Shown here piece by piece: positions 1 to 11,720 of a stretch of 64,000 nucleotides of DNA (the stretch's first letter is position 1; each line of letters opens with the position of its first letter). Source of the DNA: Octopus vulgaris (lineage: Eukaryota); assembly GCA_951406725.2 (NCBI GenBank), contig OX597838.1, positions 24,552,001-24,616,000 of the forward strand. The letters run 5' to 3'. A program made the translations under genes and the position numbers. The notes under the pieces are model-generated. The model searched no databases and was not told the origin of the DNA. It worked only from the letters and a program-made list of their open reading frames with translations.

Positions 1-135
1 TTTCTGAAGAAGAGCTATGCTCGAAATGTAAAACTTCTACTCTTTTTCTTCTCTGAGCATCTTATTTAATACATTGGTGCCATGTCCAAACCTTTGCTTG
101 TTTTTTTCTTTTTCTCTGTGTTTTTTTGAATTGAC
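1..135 (+). mobile_element. Penelope-like terminal-repeat relic with hammerhead motif (second family)
   Basis: ttt-CTGAAGA-A-GAGC(TAT)GCTC-GAAA-TG-TA-aaa at 1-33; related sequence at 43896-44060(+), about 30640-30780(-) and about 26720-26810(-). Confidence 0.55.
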
Positions 136-339
136 TATATATAGTCTTTTATTCTTTAATTTGTTTCAGTCTTTTGACTACAGCCATGCTAGAGCACCGC
201 CTTTACATGAAAAGATCAATCCCAGGACTTATTCTTTGTAATCCTAGTACTTATTCTATCAGTCTCTTTTGCTAAGTTACAGGGACATAAACACATCAAT
301 ATGGGTGTCAAGCAATTGTGCGGGGACAAACACAGACAC

Positions 340-380
<41 letters not shown>

Positions 381-748
381 TGGTTTCTTTCAGTTTCTGT
401 TTACCAAATCCACTCACATTGCTTTAGTCAGCCTGAGGCTATAATAGAAGACACTTGCCCAAGGTGCCATGCAATGGAACTGAGCCCAGAACCATGTGGT
501 TGGTAAGCAAGCTCCTTACTACACAGTCACTCCTGCGCCGATATATATATATATCCCTCTCTCTCTTTCGGAGAGGCACAAGCACCTACACGTACATGTA
601 CACACACGGCAGTAACTTCCGCCTGCCGAATTCAATCACAAAGCTTCGGTCGGCTCGGGGCTATAGCAGAAGACACCTACCCAAAGTGCCACGCAGTGGG
701 GCTGAACCCGAAACCATGTAGCTAGAAAGCAAGCTCCCTAACCACACA

Positions 749-779
<31 letters not shown>

Positions 780-783
<4 letters not shown>

Positions 784-1326
784 AAAAGGAGATCTCACGG
801 AGAGTAAGGGCCGGATGGAAGGCGTTCAATGGCATAAGGGATGTGCTCAAGGGAAGGTTGGACAGGACCACCTGCACCAACCTCATTAACAGTGCAGTTC
901 TGCCTGCAATGTTATATGGTAGTGAAACATGGGCTACCACAAAGAGAGAAGAGCAAAGACTGATAACGGCTCAAAGAGCCATGGAAAGGTCAATGCTTGG
1001 CATCTCGTTGAGAGAGCACATAAATAGCAACATCATCAGAAAGAAGCCCGGCGTGAGAGATGTCATCGCAGAGTATACTTGCAGCAAGTATAGATGGGCT
1101 GGACACGTCGCCCGGCTCACCGATAATCGGTGGACGCACGCAGTTGCCGAGTGGTACCCGCGTGAACGGAAAAGACCTCCACGACGGTGGAGTGACAATT
1201 TCAAGAGGACGATTGGGATCACGTGGATGAGAAAGGCACGATCCAGAGAGGAGTGGACAGCGTGCTGTGACCAGCGGTGTCAAATGGACGCCTGACGGAC
1301 TGGTCGGTCAAAGTGATCAAAGTGAT
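780..1326 (+). mobile_element. 5'-truncated RTE-clade LINE (C-terminus of the RT ORF)
   Basis: VLPAMLYGSETW, AQRAMERSMLGISL, RWAGHVAR, EWYPRERKRP; short tail (tcaaagtga)2; flanked by (TA)n. Confidence 0.85.
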
Positions 1327-2347
1327 ATATATACATACATATATACTCTTCTACTTGTTTCAGTCATTTGACTGTGGATATGCTGGAACACTGCCTTTAA
1401 TCAAGCAAGTCATATATATATAATCAGCATTTGACATCCATTTTCTATGCTGGCATGAGTTGGATGGTTTGACAGGAGTTGGCAAGCCAGAAGACTGCAC
1501 CAGATTTCACTCTCTATTTTAGCATGGTTTTTACGGCTGGATGCCCTTCCTAATGCCAACCACTTTATAGAGTGGCCTGGGTGCTTTTTATGTGGCACCA
1601 GCACCAGTGAAGCCTGAATATGTGTGTGTGTGTGAGTGTGTGTGTGCATGTGTGTGTGTGTGTGTGTTTGTGTCTATCCCTCATTGCTGCTTGGTGAGTG
1701 TTGGTGTGTTTATATCCCTGTAGCTTAGCAGTTCAGCATGGCTGCAGTCTAATGACTGAAACAAATAAAAGATAGAAGATGTATACAAATGCAGGTGTGG
1801 CTGTGCGTGAAGAAGCTTGCTTCCCAATCACAGGGTTCCAGGTTCAATACTACTGCGTGGCACTTTGGGCAACTGTTTTCCACTAGAGCCTCAGGCCGAC
1901 CAAAACCTTGTGAATAGATTTGGTAGATGGAAACTGAAAGAAGCCTGTCATATGTATGTGTGTGTGTGCATGTGTGTGTGTGTGCATGTATGTGTCTGTG
2001 TGTATGTATGTGTGTGTGTGTGTGTGTGTGTGTGCATGTGTGTGTGTGCATGTGTGTGTGTGTGTGCATGTGTGTGTGTATGTATGTATGTGTGTGTGCA
2101 TGTGTGTATGTGTGTGTGTGTGTTTGTCCCCCAGTACTACTTAACATCTGGTATTTGTGTGTTCATGTCACTATAACTTAGCAGTTCAGTGAAAGTGACC
2201 AATGGAATAAGTAAGGGATTAACAAAAACTAAGTACTGGAGTTGATTCACTCAACATAAATTTCTTCAAGGTGGTGCCCCCAGTATGACCACAGTCTAAT
2301 GACTGAAACAAGTAAAAGATAATATATATATATATATGTGTGTGTGA

Positions 2348-2441
<94 letters not shown>

Positions 2442-2747
2442 TCATCCAGTGTTCTAAATCCAGGTTTTGTCCCCATTAACGAAGGTGGCCAGATCTACCT
2501 CAATGCCATAGCAACCGAGGCAGGCTGGCTGGTGCCCATCCTCCTTTGCTATCATGAAGCTTTTTGGAGCTAGCTTTTTTACAGGGAGCATGCCCTTGCT
2601 TACCCTCCAACCTCAGATTCTACCACGATTATAACAAATGTAGTGGAAAACTAGCTCAGGAAGGCAGGGATGCTACTCCCTGAAACCCCTTTTGGAGCCC
2701 CCCGACCTATATATATATATATATGTGTGTGTGTATGTGTGTATATG

Positions 2748-2826
<79 letters not shown>

Positions 2827-2843
2827 ATAATACACACATACAT

Positions 2844-3070
2844 ATATGAGGCGGGTGCTGCAAAGTTCCTGGCTTTGGGTAAAAGAAAATAGAGGACCAT
2901 CAGTTAATTATGGTTTTATCCAACATATTCTCCTCTCAGATTCACACACTTATTGTAGTGGTCCTTCAGATTTTCTAAGTCCTGTAAAAGAACTCAGAAG
3001 GTTAGGCCTTCAGCCAGGTTTTTTTGAGATAACCTTTAAAGCCTGGAACTTTTCTGCATTCCCTCATGTA
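2844..3070. mobile_element. Mariner-type MITE (about 220 bp)
   Basis: TIR-like tatgaggcgggtgctgcaaagttcctggcttt...aaagcctggaacttttctgcattccctcatgta in a TA context; copies at 55022-55230, 61263-61368 and 61694-61898. Confidence 0.7.
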
Positions 3071-3393
3071 TATATGTGTGTGTGTGTGTGTGTATAGATA
3101 GATAGATAGATAGATACATACATACATACATAAATACATATATACATACATATGCACATAAACACGAACATCCAGACACACATTCATGCAAAAACACACA
3201 CACATGTGTAAGTAGAACATCGGAGAATCTGTGGCAGCAGAAGATCTTTTTTTACTCTTTTTTTTTTTATTGCTGTTGTTTGATATTTTGCAACACACAC
3301 ACATATATATCTATCTAGTTGCCCATATTGATCAACTTAAAATTTGTTGTTGGAGATGATTTACGTCTATAAGAAATGGTGGATAAAAAGCAA

Positions 3394-3465
3394 TGATGAC
3401 GATGATGATGATGATGATGATGATGACTGTGGTGGTGATAACGATGATGATGATTGCATGATTGC

Positions 3466-3511
<46 letters not shown>

Positions 3512-3700
3512 ATAGTAGTAGTAGTGGTGGTGGTGGTGGTGGTAGTAGTAGTAGTAGTAACAGCAGCAGGAGTAGCAGTAGTAGTAGTGGTGGTGGTGGC
3601 AGTGGAGGTGGTGGTGATAATAATGGTGAGAATGATGGCAGCAGCAGCAGGAGCAGCAATTGGAGTGGTTATGGTGGTGGTGGTGGTGGCGGTGGCAGGG
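3394..3700. repeat. Compound trinucleotide microsatellite (GAT/GTA/GGT/GCA)
   Basis: Read directly. Confidence 0.9.
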
Positions 3701-4043
3701 CTGAAATAATAAAAAAAAAAAAAGAAGAAACTAGGTTATTGTGTAGGGGTGTAAGTATGTACGCTTGCAGTTGAGGCTGTGGTCGTTATTATTACTGTGA
3801 TTGTGTTGCAACTATATTGTCTATATTTAGTTATATTTGTGTGTGCGTGTGTATACATAGGTGTATGTGATATCTCTCTTTCTCCCTCTCTCTCACTCTC
3901 TCTCTCTTGCTATCACTCTCTCTCTCACTTCTCCCCTCTTTTTTTCCCTCTCACTCGCTTCCGTTCCTCTTCTCACTTCCTCTCTCCCTCTGTCTTGCTG
4001 TCAATACATATAAATAAATAATTGTATGTATATTATATATGTA

Positions 4044-4081
<38 letters not shown>

Positions 4082-6061
4082 TTTATATACACACATATAT
4101 ACATATATATATATACATACATATATATATGCATATATATATATATATATGCATATATATATATATATGCATATGCATATATATATATATATGCATATGC
4201 ATATTTATATATATATATATATATATACATACACACACACACACACATACGCATACGCATATATATATATAATATAATATATAGATATATAAATAATTAC
4301 ATATATGTATATATATGAATATAATATAATGTGCGTTTGTGTGTGTGCATGTATATGTGTGTGTGTGTGAGTGTGTATATATATATATATATTGTGTATA
4401 TGTATATATATATATAATAGATTTGTAAACACTAATTTCAAATCGATAGAAATCAGCAAACCCATCAGTGGACAGTTCTTAAATTGATGTTTAGAAACAT
4501 GTAACATTGAATAATGCTTATATCACAGATCTTTATATAATATATAATATATATGCATACATAAAAAATGTGTGTGTGTATAGAGAGAGAGATAATGAGA
4601 GAGAGAGAGAGAGAGAGAGGGAAAGACACACACAGATGCATGCACATGCACACACATACACACATACATACACACACACACACGGGGCATACATGAAGAT
4701 GGCGGCATCATAGAGCTTCTTACCTGTCTATGATGAACAATGCCACTCCTTTGAATTAACATACCCTCAAAAAATCTTCCTGTACTCTGTGTATGTATGT
4801 GTGTGTGTGCAAGTGTGTGTGTAAGTGTATACAAGTTTGTGTGTGTACATGTGTATGCGTGTGGGTTTGTGAGTGTGTGTGTGTGTGTGTATGTGTGTAT
4901 GTGTGTGTACGAGTGCATGCATGTGTGTGTATGCATGTGTGTATGTGCATGTGTATACATGTGTGCATATGTGTGTGTGTTTCTGCATAGATGCATGTGT
5001 ATGTGCAAGTGTGTGTGTGCATGCTCATGCATGTACGTGTGTGTACATGCCTTTTATTTTTTGTCATTTACTCGATTCCTTCACTGGACTGTGCCCATGC
5101 TGGAGCACCACCTTGAACGGTTGAAGTGACAGAAATCAACCCCAGTTGTTGTTTCTAAGTCTGGTACTTATTCTATCGATCTCTTTTGCCAGACAGCTAA
5201 GTTGCAGGGATGCAAACGAACCAACACTGTTTGTAAGGGAAAAGGACATTAAATGATGGTGGTGATGATGGAGATGAATATTCCTAGTGGCAACTCCAGC
5301 ATGGTTTCTATGGCTTGAGGCACTTGCTAATGCCAACCACTTTACAGAGTGTGCTGTTTTTACATGGCACTGCATGGATGCTTTTATGTGGCACTGCATG
5401 GGTGCTTTACGTGGCACTTGCTTGAGTGCTTTACACCACCACCAGAGGGGCCAATCTTAACACTTTGAAAAATATAATAGGATTTTTTTCAAACATTGAA
5501 TGGCTTTGATGGTCCATCCACGTAAAACAGGAATCAAAGGTGTCCCTCGGCAAATAATGGTCAAGAAACATTGCCCTAGCCACACACACACACATACACG
5601 CTTAATGTGCATGTGTCCATATCATTGGTTATTCATTGACTTGAGCTTATTGACCTTATGGCAAGTCTTGCTTTATGTCTTTCAGGCTAATTAAAATCAT
5701 CTGCCTCATAAAGCAAGCTTGGTTGGGGTTGTCAGTTTAATTGCCAATGACCCCATCAAGCAACAGATTGCACGGGGTCACATGCTACCACTAGCCTTCA
5801 CGAGTGATATCACACATTAGACTATGAAGTATTATGTACCCTCCCTCAACCCCTCGCTCTGTTTATATGATTGGGAGAATATTTCTCTTCATGTGTATGA
5901 TGAGAGGAAAGTGTTTCAGTCAATCATGTTCAATTAAACATTTACATTATCAGGTCATTAAGAATGAACTGTTAGATTTTATGCCCCAAGTTTGACAGTC
6001 ATTAACTCTAATGTTTTATCCTGACAATTCTCTTGTTTTACAACACCAAAGAGTTACATCA

Positions 6062-6840
6062 TCACTTTTCAAAATGCAATTCATGGTATTTGATTATACT
6101 GTGAGTTTTCTCTTGTAAATCAATCTTTGTGAATACATGGATAAAACAAAGATTCGTGTTCTTTATGAATATGAGTTCCATCATGGAACTAATGCATCCC
6201 AGACAGCTTGAAACATAGATGGGGTGTTTGGTGAAGATGTGATGAATGAGTGTTCTGTACGTCAATGTTTTGAGAAGTTCCGATCTGGTGACTTTACTCT
6301 TGAAGATCAGCTGGAAACTGTAGGGGAAGCGGATACATCTCAAACTATGCGTGAGTTAGCAGCAAGGTTTGATGTTTCAATTCCAACAGTATTGGACCAA
6401 CTGAAACAAATCAGCTAGGTAAAGGAGCTGGACAAGTAGGTGCTGTACGAACTGAATGAGCATCAAATGACATGTCTTGCAAATTGCTGATCTTTTCTGT
6501 CATGGTATAAAAGCAAACCATTTTTGCATTGTATTGATATGTGTGACAAAAAATCGATTCTTTTCAACAATAGCAAATGTTACACATGTTGGTTGGGTAG
6601 AGACAAAGTGCCAAAATACAATCCAGAAAAGAATATTCACTGAAAAAAGCTAATGGTGTCTGTTTGGTGGTCCAGTGCTGGTGTCATCCATTACAGCTTC
6701 ATGAGACCTGGTAAGCCAATTACAGCAGATGTGTACATCAACCAACTGGATGAAATGAGAGACAACTGAAATTGATCAGTAGAGACAGGCCAATTCTCTT
6801 GCAAGACAATGCTCAACCACATGTTGCACAAAGAACATTT
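6062..6840 (+). mobile_element. Degenerate mariner transposon (Hsmar1/cecropia-like)
   Basis: ATG at 6137, MDKTKIRVLYEYEF...FEKFRSGDFTLED, CDKKSILFNN, KLMVSVWW, LLQDNAQPH; stops and frameshifts. Confidence 0.85.
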
Positions 6841-6844
6841 ATCA

Positions 6845-7332
6845 TTTTGTGGAAACTGGGTTCTTGAGGTGGTCATTAAGCTTTTCAGTAATTTTGGGAG
6901 CTGTACTTTTGTAATCCTTTCTAACAATTCACTTAAGAGTCCAACGGTCCCTATCTGAAACTTTTGGTTTTCTTCTGGAGTTTTGCTTTGACAAGGAGGT
7001 TTTTCCCTCTTCCCCAAATGCTGTCATTACTTTCGAGACAGTACTTCTTGATGCACCAAACATTTTGGCTGTTTTCATTACACTAGCGCCTGCCATACAA
7101 GCACCAATTTGACCTCATTGAAAGTTCGCTAGATCTGTTATTTTAATGAATTTTAATTACCTTTTTCTAATGATATCTGAAAAGATACAGCAATTTCAGC
7201 AAAACATATTAAGCAACACTAATAATAAATCAAAAAAACATAAAAGTAAACAAGCTTTTGAAGGTTTTATAGATATTTCAAAATTATGATGCTACGATGA
7301 TAGGTGTTTCCATTATTTTGTCCAACCCCTAT
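6845..7332 (-). mobile_element. 5' part of a Tc1-family transposon with its terminal repeat
   Basis: DLANFQ*GQIGACMAGASVMKTAKMFGASRSTVSKVMTAF...RKPKVSDRDRWTLK*IVRK...LNDHLKNPVSTK; terminus AGGGGTTGGACAAAATAATGGAAACACC at about 7302-7330. Confidence 0.8.
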
Positions 7333-8232
7333 ATCATCTGAAGTGTAGAGTCTTACATATCCATTACAGCTAATCATGCCAATTGGTTTTGTGCTAGGGT
7401 TTCAACAGTGTTACATAACAATCCAATTATGTAACCCTATAGACTCTTAGACAACTTACACACACACACATATATATACATACATATCTGTATGTATGTA
7501 TATTGCTTTAAAGTTAGAGAATTTTCTTGAAAAGTTATCTTCATAAGGTATTTCGTTTTCTTTTTCATACTTTATCTAAAAGTTTAAAGCCCAATTTGAA
7601 TAAATTTTCCCATCTTCTGGTTCCTGTATGACAAACAGGAACATGAATGCGAACCAGGACATTTCTGCAAGAGAACCGTTCATATTAAAACGTTGTTTAG
7701 CCATCGGTCAGGTCACATCAAACGCAGTCCAGCCGTTAATCGGATCTAGGTTTTTTTCCCCCCTTTAAATGACACAGTGTGATTAGAGAGAGTGAGAGAG
7801 AAAGATTTGGCAGAGCTTTTTTACTCGTAAAGTCGTATGACATTGCAAAAAGCTCAGGAATGAATAGACATGCACATGCGATCGTCGTTCCCGCGTATAT
7901 TAAACATGTTCGCTTGTGCGTGCGTATGTGTACGTGTGTATGCGTATGTGAGCGTGCTTGTGTATGTGTGTGTCTGTCTCTTTGCGCGCGCGCATACCCC
8001 TTTCTTTTCTTCGAAGGAGGGAGGGTCCTTCCACGAAAAGGCAGAACACACTTCGCTTCACGACACACTAACTTATATTCAAATTTTGCGACTATTTTAT
8101 TGATTTTTTAATTATTTTTTTTTATGCCGATGCCGTCCATATTTAGTTTCCACAGATCCCACATATATGTGTGTGTGTATGTCTCTCCCCACCCCACTCT
8201 CTGTTTTGCTTTCACAACGTCTGTTTCATTTA

Positions 8233-8266
<34 letters not shown>

Positions 8267-10367
8267 CATCATTATTTCAAAGTTTATATTCTTTGAATTT
8301 TTTTTCTTTCTTCGGTGCCACAGATTTGGGGATTCAGAAGACGGGACTAAGCATCCATCTATTAGAAAAGTCAACAACAACAACAACAACAACGAAGATG
8401 ACAGTGGACAAAACAACTGACCCAATTACAACTGCCGTCTTGTACCGTCTCAGAAACACTACACCACTGTGTGGTTGTGTTTATGTGCCACTCTGTCTGT
8501 GTGTTTACGTGTTACCATTTGTGTGTGTGTGTGTGAGTTTATTCTTTCGGTTTCCTTCTCTCTAAGTCTATCGATCTTTCGTTCTTTTGTTTTAAGTTTC
8601 TATCTAATTCTATCAGTCTCTTTCACTAATTTTCTTTCTCTCCCTCTCTCTCTCTGTACACACACACACACACACACGTCTCACTCTTCATATCTCTAAC
8701 ACATACACACACACTCTCCCTCTCTTTCTACATACTCATATATATATGCCTCTAAGTCTCCGTCTCTTTCTTACACTCTCTCTTTATATATGTGTCTCTC
8801 ACTCCCGTCTCTCTCTCTATTTGTCTGCCTCTCTCCCTCTCTATCTGTCTCTCTTTTACATACACGTGCGTGCGCAAGTGTGCGTGTGTATATTTTACTT
8901 GCCGTTGTGTGTTTGGACGTTGTTTAACCCCAAGTCAGCTCTGATCGAGCATTTCAGCAATGATCATACGTTGCTGTGGCATTATTTAACTCCATGGCCA
9001 CAATTAGTGAATGCACCTACAATCATTGACGTTCCTGCTATGACCATCCCGTCCGCTAATCAGTGTATTTAAGACTACCTTATTGTTCCAATGTGTCCTT
9101 TATCTTTTGTAAAGACAGAAAGGTGTAATTTAAGAGAGATTTGACTGCTATTTCTCGCAGGCCTGACCACATCTTTTCCCCAGGTACAGCGCGTCCACGA
9201 TTACATAATCCAAAGCAGAAGATTCTGATTTGAGTGATTTGGCTGCTATTTCTAGTAATTAGAGGAACTGGCTAGATGCTCGATTGAGTAGACTTTTGAT
9301 CAAAGTTGTTCCAATCATCACACGTTTTTTTTTTCCCGGCGAAGTATACCCCGGAATACATTATCCAATGTGTTCCTTCTCTCAGTTCAATAGGATGTAA
9401 TTTGTGCAATATTTGGCTGCTATTTCTTGCAGTGCTCCATCGAAGAAATACGCATGTATAAATTTGTATGTGTGTGTATGTGTTCGCATTTTCCCTCTTT
9501 TCTCCTTTTCCTTCTCTCTCTCTCTTTGTCTTTTACCCTCTCTCTCTCTCTTTCTCTGGCTGTGACTTTTACTCTCTCTCTCTCTCTGTCTGGTACCCTT
9601 TCTCTCTCGTTCACGCACACGTTTATAAACATGTGTCTTACTAACGAAGCTGGTGCCTGCCTATGTAAGATGTTGTTTAGCCCCAGGTCAGTCCTGGTCG
9701 TGTGGAGACCTGTGATCCAAGACGTTCCAGCTGTGATCATCTCGTCTGTTCCTTTCTTGCAGACATAACTCCAATCACCTAATACGTCCTTCCTTTATAC
9801 GAAGATGGATAGGTGTGCTATGCAGGAATTTGGCTACGATTTCTAACAACCCCAAAGACCACTTTGAAGATCTCTCGATGGCTCACCTATTTCTGTATAG
9901 ACACACACACACCTGTATATAGGAGAATAGTTGTTTTCTATGTATATAGATATACACCTATTTATGTGTGTGTATGTAAGTCGTCTTATATTCACACACA
10001 TATATAGTGTATGTTATATATTATACACATACATTTGTGGGCAAAAGTAAAGAATACGTACAACGGGGGGGGGGGGGGTTAGGATTTAGGGTTAGGGTTT
10101 TTGTTACGCCGAAACGGGTGGTGTACTATTTATATATCTATCTGGTGTGTTTACGTCCCCGTAACTTCGCGGTTCAGCAAAAGCGAACCGATAAAATAGG
10201 TACCAGGCTTTCCAAGAATAAGTCCTGGCGTCGATTTCTGCGACTGAAACCCTTTAAGGCGGTGCTCCAGCATGACCGCAGTCAAATGACTGAAACAAGA
10301 AAAAAACATATACACACACATACATACATGTATACATAAATACATGTGCTATATATGTGTGTGTATA

Positions 10368-10403
<36 letters not shown>

Positions 10404-11368
10404 CACATAGATATACATACATACATATATATATATACATATTCATATAGACATACTCACACACACATATATATTCATATACATACATACACATATTCGG
10501 CCATGCTTTGCATGTAACTGACGTGTGTGTGTGTGTATGTGTTTCCGCATGTAGTTATGATGTGTATGTATACGTATATGAACGTACATATGTCTATACA
10601 TTATGCCTGTGTTACCTTTGCATAAATCAGCAAATGTGCGTTGCTATATCTATTAAACTAAACCAATCTGCAGCTCATAAGCAGCTTGAATATCCCCTTC
10701 CTCTAGGAAAGTGGGAAGCGTTTTGGATATACAAAATGCGTGAGAGATAAACGTCTCCTCTTATACGTAATAGATCCGCTCCAAGCATTATTGCACACAC
10801 AAAGAGTATATACATATCAATATGTATATATTTACAATGGCCCGTGACTAACAAGGTCACACATACGTTCATTGGGCACACACACACACACACAAATATA
10901 TATACATAGATACACATCAGTTCCAGACGATTTTAATGTATGTTGTATATTCATTCGTTCGGGAAACGTGGGAATACGCACACACGTATAATATTTGCAC
11001 GCTGAATGTGCGTATCTACACATTCAGTGTAAGTGTGTGTGTGTGTGTATGTATATATATATATATTTATATAATCGAAAAGTCGTGGTGATGAGTATAT
11101 AAACAAAAAATGCATATAGAAAGATATGTACACATATATGTATCTATATAAGTGAATTGTTCTATATAAGTTCAATTTGAAAACTCCCCAAGAGTGGACG
11201 AAAGCGCAAATATACGATATATGATTTATAAAAAAAACATGTAACTTACTAATAAATATCTATAAATATAAAACCATCCAGATTTCTGAGTACCTAATTT
11301 CTTCTAATATATAATACCTGTACATCATCTCCAAACCATCTAATATACAAGTGAATATATACGCGCGC

Positions 11369-11404
<36 letters not shown>

Positions 11405-11469
11405 CAAACACACGAGCCATGAGCCCACAAATTGCTTTTCTGAGACTAGCTCAAGGCCATTCTCCTCCA

Positions 11470-11720
11470 CTGTGCTCCATTGACCTAAATACCTGGGAGA
11501 CAATCGCCAAGGACTGCACAAAGTGGCATGGCATGCTATTGTCAATGGAATGGATTGGAGGGAAAAAATAACAGACGTCAAGAGGCAGAGATCAGATGTT
11601 GAAGATACAAAGAGCGACTCGGACTCGCAGTTCTTTGTACCTCTCCAACCCTCCCCTGAGATAAATGAACCCCTCCCCGGCTGTTCTATACTGCCTTTGG
11701 TCTGCGCAGCCACCTCAAAC
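11470..11720 (+). mobile_element. Degenerate RTE-like C-terminal fragment
   Basis: CSIDLNTWETIAKDCTKW resembles the RTE motif IDxxxWExxAxDRxxW. Confidence 0.4.

Noticed and set aside
3315-3774. Poly-Ser/Gly, poly-Val and poly-Leu ORFs
   Set aside because: A compound trinucleotide microsatellite open in several frames, with no convincing splice sites or recognisable domain.
1749-5129. Many HT/CV/YI-repeat ORFs here and at about 50234-50662, 54642-55083, 60046-60950 and 62456-62779
   Set aside because: Translations of (CA)n and (TA)n microsatellites.
8324-8535. Plus-strand exon after a good acceptor (ttcttcggtgccacag)
   Set aside because: No convincing donor, recognisable peptide or partner exons on the plus strand.
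10065-10100. G-run plus TTAGGG-like repeats (telomeric or G-quadruplex)
   Set aside because: Only two exact hexamers; too short to call an interstitial telomere or a functional site.
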